NCBI GenBank assembly: GCA_000934665.2
Contig: JYFJ02000634.1
Location: 1 to 64,000 of the forward strand
Length of the DNA: 64,000 nucleotides
Direction: 5' to 3'
From: Catajapyx aquilonaris
Taxonomy: Eukaryota
Shown here: positions 10,562 to 22,539 of the stretch, piece by piece
Position numbering within the stretch: position 1 is the stretch's first letter
How the letters are laid out: every line of letters starts with the position of its first letter
The notes under the pieces: model-generated
What the model was told of the DNA's origin: nothing
The model's input: the letters and a program-made list of their open reading frames with translations, nothing else
The model's database searches: none
Program-made: the position numbers and the translations under genes

Positions 10562-11513
10562 CAGGATTACTGAGTTGGCCGAAGAAGTGTTCCCTTTGAA
10601 AGAGGGCCATCTGAATAGGGTCTTCAAAGTCTCCCGTTTTTTGGGCTCTGGAGGTTTCGGGTTGGTGTTTGAGGCTCTGGAGGTACCCACGAATCTGACG
10701 TGTGCTATCAAACGCATATGCCTGCAGAGTGCTACAAACAAACCCATGAGGGACGTTCGGGCCCTGATGGAGCTTCAACATAAGAACATTGTCGCCTTCT
10801 ACGGATGCTGGAGAGAACAACCACTGTCCAAGGATCAAGGGGATTGGGACATGAACCATTTCACGGACTTGGTGTGCTCCAGGCAGACGTACCATCCTCA
10901 CACCACCCCCTACCTCTACGTCCAGATGGAGTTGTGCCAGAGGGAAACCCTGGAGCATTACATCTCCAAGAACAGGAACGAGGTGAACCAGCCCGAGTTC
11001 CTGTCCTACTTCCTGCAGATAACTTCGGCCTTGAGTTATATCCACGGAAGGGGCTACATCCACAGGGACCTGAAGCCTTCCAACGTCTTCTTCTCCCTGG
11101 ATGGTGTTGTGAAAGTGGGGGATTTCGGGTTGGCCAAGGAGATCGCGGGCTATTCCATCCGGACGTTGACCCACCAAAGCCACACCGGTGGGGTAGGCAC
11201 CCTGTGGTACATGAGTCCGGAGCAGCAGAGTGGAGAGAAATACGACTACAAGAGTGACATATTCTCTCTCGGGGTAATATTCTATCTCGGGATGACATCA
11301 TTCCCAAGCCAGTTCACCTCGAGCCATCTGGATCGCGCACTCATCAAGCTGAAGGCAGGTTCGGTCACGGTTCCTCCACATTTTGCAGAGCAGAATCACG
11401 ATAGTAGCCAGGAGCTGCTCCTACTGATGTGCAAGGAGGATCCAGAAGAGAGGCCGTCCGCGGCTGACATAGAATATTGCGTAGGAGAATGGTGTGTGCG
11501 ACATACAGCTTAG
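10562..11513 (+). CDS. Ankyrin-repeat + eIF2-alpha-kinase-family protein, coding exon 2 (PKR/PERK-like kinase domain)
   Basis: LGSGGFGLVF, AIKRI, HKNIVAFYGCW, kinase insert, YLYVQMELC, IHRDLKPSNVF, VKVGDFGL, HTGGVGTLWYMSPEQ, SDIFSLG, RPSA. Acceptor ttccttccaCAGCAG; both AGs (10561, 10564) are phase 2 and match exon 1. Confidence 0.9.
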
Positions 11514-14500
11514 TTATCAATATTGTCTTAATCGTTGAAAAATTACATCAAACGCTCTACACGCCTTGGGCAAAAAAGGCATCAATCAGCACTTGCGTTA
11601 ACCGCGCTTTTGGTCAGTTGGTTTGTACCATCCACGCGCATTCTGAAAGGAGGGAAACATCAAAGTGATACCACATTATTTGCGAAAGATCAAGTTGATT
11701 TCACGATAGTAGACATTTGGGGGATTTTACAGTATATCAACCCTTTTCAATTCTTTCAAACTAGTTAGTAATGGGCATTTTTGCGGTAACGAACCAAGGT
11801 TCGGACGATTTTTTCCAACTTTCATTGTGATTTTCCATGCTTGTGGTAAACCTTTGGGGATACTTTTTTTTTCCTATTGAGTTCCAGGTACAGAGGGCTG
11901 AATTTTGCCACAAATCCGACACAAAATATATCATTCGATAGCGCCCGAAGAGCGAGAACAAACACGGTAACGAACCAAAGTTTCGAGGACACACATTTCT
12001 GCACCGGGTTACATTGCGTAATAACTCTGCGAATTCTAAGTGGTTTTGATGGCAGTATAGAGATGCTCTAGAGAGGAAAAGTGCGAGGAATCCATTGGTC
12101 ACCTTGCCGTACCGGTATCTGCTTTTCTTTGCATCGTAGCGCAACAAAACTCACGGTAACGAACCAAGAAAAAAAGTAACGAACCAAGGCGTGCGATTTT
12201 CCACCGTTCAGAACCTTTTCACGGGTAGTATTTGTGAGCTGTTTTACCACTTCAGGGCGTACATAATTAAAACGAGACACATCATGACACTGACCAGTCA
12301 TCAGAGGATTCTCCTGCATTGGTCGATTGAGATGGCTGGGTCGTATGACCTGGTCATCGCTGACTATATCTCATCATGGGACTATGCCGTGATGATTGTG
12401 TATGTTGGATGTAACCTAGTATATGAAAAGCCCGCTGCCTGCCTACACACCAGCCTTTGGGGACCAGGCTGACACAGACACATCAATGAAGTTATGAACT
12501 GACTAGAGGGGAAAACGTTTTACTAATGGTTTATTCAAAATTTATAACCTCTGACCTCTGACCTCTGAGAACAGCCATTTTAGCTGCACCACATTATAAT
12601 GCATATGCATGTGACTGTATAAGGAGTTATAATGTGACCATCTATAAAAATTTACTAAGCCTATAAATGAAGGTATTTGAAAATGGGTCATTTCAGTCAA
12701 TTTTCCAATAAATTCAGACCTGCAAAATTTCAGATAAATGCACATTTTTGGATTTACGGCCTATAAAAAGCGGGAGGCTCTTATGACTGAGAAGAACCAA
12801 AGACTAGCTGCCACCACCTGCCACTTTGACCGCTAGAGACAATTAACTTCCGGACCACCCATCTTGCAGTGGCATTGTAAATAGAGGCAACTGTTTATAA
12901 CTTGAAGGATTCGTGAAAATTTGTTTTCAGCATCATAAATAAGAACTATTGAAGAGCTGCATCTCTCCCCCTTCCTCCCAATAAAATCGGCGGTAGCATC
13001 AGGACATATCCGGATAACACATCGCGCCACTTTGATTTGTAACTTTTTTACATTGAATTTGAAATCAGAGCCCTCTAAAGCCGCCGTAAACTAATTTTGA
13101 CGCTAATACTGTATATCTGTCCAATTCTCTGCACATGCTGCCTGCCATATTGGATCAACCATTTTGATTTATGAATTTCTGACATCGGATCTGAAATCAG
13201 CGCCATTGAAAACCATTACATAAAAATTTCTGCATTATTGGGCGTGGATTTGCTTATTATCTGAGCCGAGATCGGAGGGAGCACGCTCGGCGGCAGGAAA
13301 ATGGCTTGGTTCGTTACCGTCCAAATAAATACATGGAGGCATGGAATTGGGCTGAATCTTGGGACACTGATGTATTACGCGACTCCCACAGAGCTTTCCA
13401 AGTTTGACGCTCCAAATCATTAGCATAAGGTGTGTACAGGAATTTTTTGTAATTTTTGGTAACGAACCAAAGCTTTCGGATGACTCTGGTTAGTTACTGA
13501 AACTGAAGCACACAGAGATCACCCTCCGACAATTTAAGCCCACCAATCGAAAGAGGACATCAAGCTGCATCCAACAGACACACCTGAGAAGTGATCGAAT
13601 GAATGGCAATGCTTGCAGAGGCGCCAAAAGCCGCTCGTGTCCCCAGACACCAAAAGGCCTTTGGCGCGCACAGTTGAACGTATGAGCAGCTGGTGCCAAA
13701 GAACAGCAACACTGGCCAATTTTAAGGTTGGCAATGTTTAGTAGAGATGTTGAGCATCCGATTGGTGTGATCAAATGCGGTATTCAACGAAAAAAATAAT
13801 CGTCGCTTCATGTCCGCTCTATCGCAAAAATGCCGTAATCATTTCCCGTCGTAACGGATACTCAGAGACTAGGCCTAATTATGTACAGTACTGTACAGTA
13901 TATATGGCCATAGTTACTATATTTTTCCGAAATTGTAACACGTTAGAACTTTGCTCTATATTTAGAATTCAATGTTACTGCATGTTTATTTGCTTCACAT
14001 TTTGCCAACTGATCGTGATCCACGGTTCAGTTTGTCGTGTCTTGTTACACCGATACCAGAACTATTAATGTAATTCTTTCTTCATGCCAGGTTGAATTCC
14101 AGTGACCCAGGCCTACCCACTGCTCTAAACTTACGGCAGTTGTTAAAACAGGTAATTAACGTTTTTGCTCCTCTTCCCTTTTTGCTGCCAACTTTCCATT
14201 CTACACAATAATTATTTGCAGATATACGTATTTCAGTCGCCTGCATATTGCAAATGTTAATATCGCTAATCTTGTCTTCGCTGTTTACGAGGCATTTTAT
14301 CTCGCGCAATATCTGCCGAATGATACTGAACTTAAGTGGCTGTTATTGAGAGCAGAGATTATCCGCTCATCGTGTTAACTTCCTTTACCTGTATGGAATG
14401 AAAATATAATGCAGAGTTTTTAACCTATTAGGTACGGTATTTATCAAGATAAACCTTCATTAAGTAAGAATAGTTTCACAAGATATGATAAACCGTACAG

Positions 14501-15148
14501 TGATGGCCTGCCTTACAGGCTCAGAGCGTTTTGTGAAGAGGTGATCATGTTGCGACACCTGTGACCCTTGGCTTGAACTAGGTCGAAAATCTGTCCACAG
14601 GAGCCATTAGCAGCAATGGCACCTCACAAACAGACCGGCTGTTCATGTAGGTTAAACGATACAGAGGCGGCCAGTTTCTACAACCTGCTGCATGCTTTTG
14701 TGCGGCTTTATCTCGTGTCACTTAGGCCTACCGTCCTAATACCGATGGTCCTTACTGTCATTTAGGTTCTTACTGTAAATATCCTATTGTTTTGCTGCCA
14801 CGGCCATCACTATCTTGGCGCCAAGTGCCCACATAATATACCAGTTGCCTAAAAGACAGTAATGGCCATCCTTGCGAATTATAATGTCCTGATCATGGCC
14901 ATTAATATTTTTGTAATGGTGGTCATTACTGTCTTGTAGGCAGTATATTTTGTGCATTTAAATATGCATGCACGCATGAATATGGTGGAATGTGAACGGG
15001 CAAAACCTCTGTTATTAGACAAACAATTTTAAAAATTTGTTGAAAGAAATTCCGAGTATATTCATGTATTACTGAGACCAATACGATAAACTGGCAATAT
15101 GTTTACCCTATTTTGGGCAATTAAAAAGCCACAGTTCTTTTGTAGGAT

Positions 15149-15355
15149 ATGAGGAGTAATGACCGAGAGCAAGGAGCAGCCACGATGGATTATTCAACCT
15201 ACACACATGGATGGTATGATGCTGATGGTGCTCGCCATTTTCCAGTAACAAATTGCAGTCTTAGGAAAACGATTACTGTGGCGGGCTACTTGTTATTTTT
15301 TGCTGTTTTTATTTTTGTTGCTTATTTTATTGCCACTAAAGGCTTGCAGATATAG
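15149..15355 (+). CDS. Candidate small single-pass membrane protein (56-68 aa)
   Basis: Acceptor ttcttttgtag at 15145, homologous to the TPR gene acceptor. C-terminal hydrophobic span ITVAGYLLFFAVFIFVAYFIAT. AATAAA near 15430. Confidence 0.45.
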   Translation: MRSNDREQGAATMDYSTYTHGWYDADGARHFPVTNCSLRKTITVAGYLLFFAVFIFVAYFIATKGLQI

Positions 15356-16994
15356 AGCGAAGGCTCGCGCATAAGGAGCCAGACCTTTCCCCCAAACACC
15401 CTGTAAAGGGTGGCAAGGGGTAACATAAAAATAAATAAATAGAGAGCTCTAATTGTTTCGGCCACTTTACCCTGGTCTTGAAGCAACCCTTCGCACAGGC
15501 CCCACGGTGATCTTATCAATTTCCAGAGTCAAATTCGGGTGAATGACCCTAAATGCGTTGAAATTAATGGAAATAAATAATTGCGACAAGATCCGTTATA
15601 CTTACCTTCAAACAATTGATGGGTCCCGCAATGATGATGACGATCGGTTAAGATGATCTCTACCTAAAAAGTTCAAGCCTCATTATTTGACACCTATTCC
15701 GCCCGCAAACTATAGAGCCAAAATCGTACACCAACTGAGCCTATAAATGCCCCTCTGAATTTAGGAAATGTTTTCGGTACTGTATTACGACATGATGATT
15801 GTGTAAACGATGTCCAAAATATTAAACCTGATTGGTCCCCCGCCGGGCTTCTCTGTAAACGGATCAAAAAATGACATATTGCATAAGCTTTGATGCAATT
15901 TTACTGAAACGTTTCTTGCCCTCTTGTTTCTTTTTTTTTCAGATAAAAAGGTAGGTAGATATCGTACATGAGGACCCGTTGTAATAAATAGTGCACATAG
16001 TGTGAGAGCGAGTGATTATTTTGCTGTAATAAAATTCTCTCACCCGTCACCCCCTCTATAAAAGTAGTGTTGCTGTTGACACGTATATCTCGCAGGACAA
16101 ACCCTACTGCCTGAGTCGATTGATTCTTTTGAACCTGGGATGCATTTGCCTGGCTGTGTACAAGACTCAAGAGAGAAAAGGGAGGAAAGAGCCACGTACC
16201 AAAACAGCACCCAAGAGCCATGCAAAATTCATTCCTCAGGCAGAAAAAATAGAGGTCGCAACTGCGAAACCTCCCAGTGGCAGACGCACATCTGAAAGAG
16301 CGACAAGACCAGAGAGAAAAAGGCTTGTGACCATACCTGACGAAAATATGTAGGTTAAATGCTCACCAATTTTTTTGGTGTAACTGATCCAAAAGGATGA
16401 TTTTGGTTTTAGTCATTTCGTCAGGTATATTTAGAGTAAAACCTGTTCATAACAGACCCAGACACACTGGAGAAACTTGACCTATTGCAGACCTTTTGTT
16501 TAGTCCAATCGAATTTAACGGAATATTAACGAAAAACCCAATTTTTGTGGTACGTTACAGACAGGTCTCACTGCTTGGAAAAGACAGAGAAAGAAACGGT
16601 GGTTATGGAATAGGATTGGTCGCAGTGTATTTTCCACACGAAAAAAACTTCCTATACAATGGGGGGGGGGGGGATAGTGTGAGTCCTGACAAATATTGCT
16701 TATCACTTGCTTCTTTTTTTTCTTCAATATCTTGTTCTGTTGTAGGTTTTGAGGGGAAATAGGGGGGATAGGAAGTGACGAGAAGTATAGATTCCGAAGA
16801 AGATTTGAAGAACAAGGTCGAAGAATATACTCCGATCACCACAACTTCGAACCAGCAGAAAATATCCCTCAGTCGAGTGTGACATAGCACAAATAAGAGG
16901 TCAACATTATATTATTGTTTCTTTGTGAAACAAGTGCGTAATAATGGGAATAAAATAAGTGAAAGCCATGGGATGTAAGCAAAGAGTTCTGCTA

Positions 16995-18392
16995 TCTATA
17001 TCTATATCTATAAATAAGGAAGTTTGTCAGATGTTTGTCCCTTATAGAAATCCTGGGGAAGGCCCCTACACCGCCTTAAATTAGCATATCGGGGGTTACA
17101 TTTTTCAAGGAATTTAATGCCGCATGTTTCAGCTTCCGAAAATGTACCTAACTCCCACAACACGCATATTCCCGAATCTTCTCTCTTCTCGGGCCTTAAC
17201 AATTAACTTACAACAATATATCAATTCAAATTCCCATGGAAATGCCCTTATGCAAGTTCAATACCTAGCAAATTAAACCATCGACGGTAAATTCAACGCA
17301 TGCACCAATTGCGCTAATAATTGGCACCTCACGTGAGTTCGTATCGTATGGTCATTCCGAGATTTTGTGGGATTAGAAAGTAGACTTCCAGACAAAAATC
17401 TTAATCTATATTTTAGTTAGTTTGTTTGGATGCTTGTCCCTTATAGAAATCCAGGGGAAGGCCCCTACACCGCCTTCAATTAGCATATCGGGGGTTACAT
17501 TTTCCAAGGAATCTAACGCCGCATGTTTCAGCTTCCGAAAATGTACCTAACTCCCACAACACGCATATTCCCGAATCTTCTTCCTACTCGCGCTTCAACA
17601 ATTAACTTGCATCAATAATGTTCAATATATCAATTTGCATTCCCATGGAAATGGCTTTTTTTTAAATGTGGCTATTTACCTCCCTGCATCGTACCGCAGG
17701 GAGGGAACCTTTATTTTGTCCTGATGGAACCTTATTGGCGTAGCGCCCGGGCCCGTGGGCAGGGTGACTAAGGTGCAAGTGCAATTCTCAAAGGGTACAT
17801 TTTGTGAACTCCCCGGGTGGATTAGTCTGAGGAGATTCCACCCGAAACGAAGCCAGAGACGGCCCAACTCTGCACGAGATGAAGGACCCGGGACCTTCAC
17901 ACCCGTGGGCGCATTTCCGCAGCTCCACTTCGTATCCCTTACGAAACGCCCTTATGCAACAACACCTAGCAAGTTAAACCATCGCCGTAAATTCAACGCA
18001 TCCACTAATTACGCTAATTGGCCACCTCACGTGAGTTCGTATCTTATGGTAATTCCGGGATTCTGTGGGATTTGAAAATAGACTACCAGACAAAAGTAAA
18101 TACAATGATATACTACAGTATTTACAAATATAACTCTGTGTTGAAAACAAAAATTTCCACCATGCATCTGTACGTACAGTACATTTCTAAAGTTCTTTAG
18201 AGCAAACATATGGAACGAGGTGGGGGTGTGATTGCATCTTATAAGGCCCATTTTAAGACATTTCGAGTTTCGAGTGTATGGAAGGGAAATTTTTACAAAC
18301 AAACACATTTCCTAATATACTGTATAGTGTATATGGACCCCTACATTTACCAGCACCCCAACATACCCGGGCAACGCCGGGTAACCTGCTAG
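16995..18392 (+). mobile_element. Non-autonomous Helitron with internal tandem duplication
   Basis: 5' TCTATA...gtttgtcagatgtttgtcc; 3' hairpin acccgggcaacgccgggt followed by CTAG|T at 18389-18393. Segment ~17030-17395 is repeated at ~17435-18095 with an insert. Confidence 0.8.
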
Positions 18393-18404
18393 TATTATAT
18401 ATAC

Positions 18405-18532
18405 ACCTAGAGGAGGTACTCGGCCTGAAATGTGAGGCAGGCAACAAATGCAGGCAACAATATGACCTCCAACAAGATGGCGGCTGCTTCAGCCTGTCTA
18501 ATGGAAAAGGATAGGGAGTACCTCCTCTAGGT
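18405..18532. mobile_element. Small MITE
   Basis: Perfect 17-bp inverted termini acctagaggaggtactc / gagtacctcctctaggt. Confidence 0.75.
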
Positions 18533-20249
18533 ATTATTTATTATATAATAGCAGAACTCTTTGGATGTAAGTCACATTTTCGTCGCAACTGGTAGTAACC
18601 ATAGCTACTAATAATTAGCTAACTATGGTTACACCCGATTGCGACAAGACTTACATTTGATGGATCCACCCCCTGGATTGCAAAAACAGTGAATATCTAC
18701 TGATATTACGAGTCAAAATGATTTTTTAAAATATTTCAGACCACATAAGTTACAAAAACTTTGCTGGAAATTTAATCTTAATTTTAAGCAATGGTAGTTG
18801 AATGGCAAATTTGAGATTTTAAATATACAGTACTTGTGAAACTACAATTATTGAGGAAAATTTTCCAACAGTCAATCTTATATTTTTATAATAACTGTTG
18901 TAGCTAATAGGAATGAAACGTGCAGTAATTTTTGATTGATATTTTTAGAGCACTGGTAAATTTTACCAGTGGTCTAAAACTAATGAAAAATGACTGCACT
19001 TTTCATTCTCTTCCTATGGTAGATTGAACATAAACAATATTGAAATTTTTGCACCATATTGACTCCAAATATCTCGGATGACTTTCACTCTAGCGTTCAA
19101 AATTTTATTCGTATTATTTTGCACCTTTTCAACCTTCAAATTTCCTTTGCCGCATTTTCTTTCATTATTTGCAACATTTCGCGACACTTGGATTTTCTTA
19201 TGTACAAGTCAAGGTACGAAGTTGGAGTGTCCGGAGATTAGTTTGGAATAAGATCATCAAGAGAGTGAGAGCGAGAGAGATAGTAAAAGGCGCCAAAAAC
19301 AATTCTTCTCTTTCAACCCCCCAGATAAATATTTACCAGGCACCCCCGAAAAAATAAAATAAGAATTATTAGTAATATAATAACAAGTTTGCATGACTGG
19401 CCCCCCCTATTTAACCAGGGAGTCTCAGGTACTTATTCTTCGTGTCGACCATCGCACTTTTCGTGTCTGTTCCTCTCTCTCTGCCTTCTCGTATCCTTCT
19501 CGGCACTTTTTAAATATACATTTTAAAATCCCATTGTTATATTTCTTCTGAAAGTGGAAGTCCTTGTGTCCGTCCTCATCAAATGTCCCAGCAGCGATAA
19601 CAGTTAACAACAACAACAACACTACCACCACCGCAGCAGCAGCAGCCAACAAAGAAAAGTATGTTGTCAGGATCAAATGGGGGTGAGGTCCATCAGTTAT
19701 TTTGTGGAGCAAGGAAAAAAAGGAAGGTCCTTTTCAAAGACTTTTTTTATACCGTACCATTCGAAACTAGTAAATAGTAGTAATAATAATATACGGTAGT
19801 GTTATAATAGTAAGTACGGTATAGTGGGGATTTGGTCCGCAGTTAAAGATTTAGCCAGCAAAACAGCAGGCACTTAAAACAAGGAACCTTCTCTCTCTAT
19901 CACGTCCACTTCTCACCGTACATTTTGTATACGCGCACACGCAACATGAAAAGAAAATTGACGTCGGTGTACCTGCAACTACAACAAGTCCTTTCAAAAA
20001 AAGAAGTAGTTGGTCTACTCACTATTATACCCGTTCGCCTACTTGTCAAGTGCACGTGATTTCTTCTGCCTTTTCGGTATACATTTTGTTTCACAGCACC
20101 GGTTGCATGAAACTCACGTCTAATCCTGATTCGCAAGAAAAAGGGCAAGGTCACTTGGTCAATGCTGACCCCTTCATTTTTTTAACGGACGCAACCTTGT
20201 GAGCACCAAAGTTCGCGCAGCTTGCATGGTTGGCCCTCTCCTCAGCTGT

Positions 20250-20690
20250 GTTACACGAGCCAGTTTACATGGAACCAAATTGAATCGCTTCAGGATAAAG
20301 CGCACTATTCTTGTCATACGGCCACGTTACACGCCACTTTTGTAGCGCTTCCTTTCCAAACGTGTTGATATGATCCGATTAAACTGCTGCAAAGGATGGC
20401 TCAACGAAGAGAGGCATCTCAACACGCTTTATCGTTACACGGCAGCAATGGAGCGTTCTACTTTGCTCTCCTTCCTGAAGCGCTTTAAATTTTAACTTTT
20501 ATATATTTCCCCTTAATTTGAGCCAACTTGGGCTATTTCGGGGGGAGCTCTGACCTACACCATTTTTCCCTTTGTACATAACAAAGAAACAAGCGCTTTT
20601 AATTGTTATCGTGTAACGTGGCTGCAGCAAAAGCTAGAGCGTCTCAAGATAAAACGCACTATCCTTGTACACATGATTTGGTGTAAAGTG
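20250..20690. repeat. Dispersed internally repetitive family (ggagcgcaaagtagagcgctccattgctgccgtgtaa; aaggatagtgcgctttat); other copies ~27215-28080, ~48650-49560, ~50110-50410
   Basis: Shared motifs recur in both orientations at the listed loci. Confidence 0.7.
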
Positions 20691-21662
20691 CGTGTAATGC
20701 GCTGCACTAATTTCCAACGCTACTATTGGGAGGGAACAAAATGGTCGAGGTTTGCGACGTTGCCAGAGCTGCGTGAATGTGGGTGCGCACTAGGTTGCGC
20801 TCGTTAAAAACCTCATCCGTAGCACTGACCTTTCTCTAATGAGCCAGGATGAACTCAGTGCGACCCATTCGTTCAAGTGTGGCCCAACAGGGCTTTGATT
20901 TTATGATGCAAGGCTTTTTTCTTTTCTTTTTTAAAGACATTTCTTAAATCTGTGTTAAAGGGGAGGAGGGAAAGGGGAGGACCACCATTTTTGATTTCTG
21001 AAGTTGTGGACACGCCTGTACCCGGCACGGCCTGGTACACGACCAGGTAATGAAAAGACAATTGGTCATCCCAAAAAAGACACTGGGAAAGAGTCACGCC
21101 CCGACCATCGTCATCATAATAACTCTAATTAATAAAAGGAAGAGGAAAAAAGTGAGGGGGGGTGGGGTGACACACATGTCCTGTGCAAGTGCGTGCGCGT
21201 ATGAACAGGCCTAATAAATATCTTATATACAGTAGAACAATTGATGTTGGTGGGTGTCCTCCCGAGTCCGTTGGTTCATCAGCCCCTGGGCTGACACTAG
21301 TGCAAACACTGTATACAGTACACGTTTTAGGCTGGTGTGCACTACACTACGTTTTCGTTGGAATGGGTGTCTCTCTCAGGTGGGCTCAGGATCATTTTAT
21401 GGAACAATTAGAAACATTTTGCGGGAAGATTAACTAATTTTAAAAAAATTTAGTCAGCAGCACGACTGTCCAGAAGCGGCGCTTCGGGAGGGCTTTTTTG
21501 GATGGTCCTCCACACTTGTTCACTCGCAAAGACATATTAAGAGCACTTGTTTCATTGTGGTGTGTCGTACCCCCCGGTGATGCAGCAACTGCCCCCCAAC
21601 CCCTGCGTATCTTGCGAGCGGCGCCGCGCGTCGGATGCTGACTAGATAAGAAACTCCTGTGG

Positions 21663-22160
21663 TTAGGAGGTGGAGGACCTGGGCGGTAAGGGTGGTGGGA
21701 AGGGCAGGCCGGAGGCGGACGTGGTTGAGGAAGTGGACGGCCCGGGGGCTGCGCTCGGCCCGCGGGCGGGCCCCGGGCTGAACAGCGGGTGCGGGGAGGT
21801 CCAGGGCGGGGGCGTCGGGGTCGGGGATGGGGAAGGGACGCTCCTGGAGTGGGTAAGGAGGCTGGGTTGGGTCAGGCCGTAGGATGGCGGGGGAGCTTGG
21901 GGGGGAGGGGCCAGGAGGGGCGGCGGGATGGCCCCGGGGCCCGCCCCTCCTCCGAGCACGGCCGACTCCGGGTGCAGGAAGAGGCGACGCTGCTCGCTGG
22001 CGTCGTGCTGCTGCCTCAGCACCTTTGTCAGCATGTCTGGGAGGTTCTCCAGGTGATCCAGGGCAGCCCCCAGCTTGTCCTCCAGGGCGGTCAATCGCTC
22101 GTCCACGTGCTCGTGGTGGCTGCTCATCTCCGCCACTATCTCGTACGTCGAAGTCTGCGT
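21663..22160 (-). CDS. SK: SK channel terminal coding exon 12 (coiled coil and Pro-rich tail, stop TAA)
   Basis: Acceptor gcgttccag|ACG. TQTSTYEIVAEMSS...ERLTALEDKL...EQRRLFLHP...HSRSVP resembles insect SK C-termini. Confidence 0.93.
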   Translation of the reverse strand, partial: TQTSTYEIVAEMSSHHEHVDERLTALEDKLGAALDHLENLPDMLTKVLRQQHDASEQRRLFLHPESAVLGGGAGPGAIPPPLLAPPPQAPPPSYGLTQPSLLTHSRSVPSPSPTPTPPPWTSPHPLFSPGPARGPSAAPGPSTSSTTSASGLPFPPPLPPRSSTS

Positions 22161-22219
22161 CTGGAACGCGTCAGATCGCGTTAGTACGCGCTCGACCGCT
22201 TTCAATGACCCCGCCCCAA

Positions 22220-22539
22220 AGACTTTTCTCTCCACAAAAAAAGTATTACAGAACGGCTCTGTCCGTCCGTCTGTCTGTGGGCTGGTATCAGGACCTAAAC
22301 CGCATGAGATAGCGACAAACTGTTTACGGATTCGGATTCAGCGTGACTAACATAGATTTCATGGTCAACTTCCGGTTTTCCGGGCCCACTCTATCCACCA
22401 AGGTCATCTCTATGGCTGGGGGTCATTTGGTTCCATGAAAACCAGAAATGAGACTGACAACATTCCATGTCATTTGTTATCCAATTTGAATTTCCTTGGC
22501 AATAAGAAAAAGTCTACTCGAATCGCGCTAGCGAGATTT
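22220..22539 (+). mobile_element. DINE-1/Helentron-like short element with GTCC/GTCT microsatellite; copies at ~22641-22943 (-), ~30745-31075 (-), ~39690-39890 (-), ~44876-45188 (+)
   Basis: Conserved core ctctgtccgtccgtctgt...cctaaaccgc.gagatagc.acaaac...ttcggattcggattcag...caacttccgg at five loci. The family label is inferred from the GTCY repeat. Confidence 0.7.

Larger units (their letters stand above)
16980..18563. mobile_element. TIR element with 8-bp TSD (hAT- or P-like MITE) carrying two nested insertions
   Basis: TIR CAAAGAGTTCTGCTAT / ATAGCAGAACTCTTTG, flanked by direct repeat GATGTAAG (16972-16979 and 18564-18571). Confidence 0.85.

Noticed and set aside
10410..11307. Long antisense and alternative-frame ORFs over the kinase
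   Set aside because: Shadow ORFs of a GC3-rich coding exon, with no recognisable motifs.
11600..13870. DNA transposon with repeated ggtaacgaaccaa subterminal motifs and an AHTFN (hAT-like) peptide
   Set aside because: The motif recurs, but I could not define TIRs, a TSD or a convincing transposase, so it is left unannotated.
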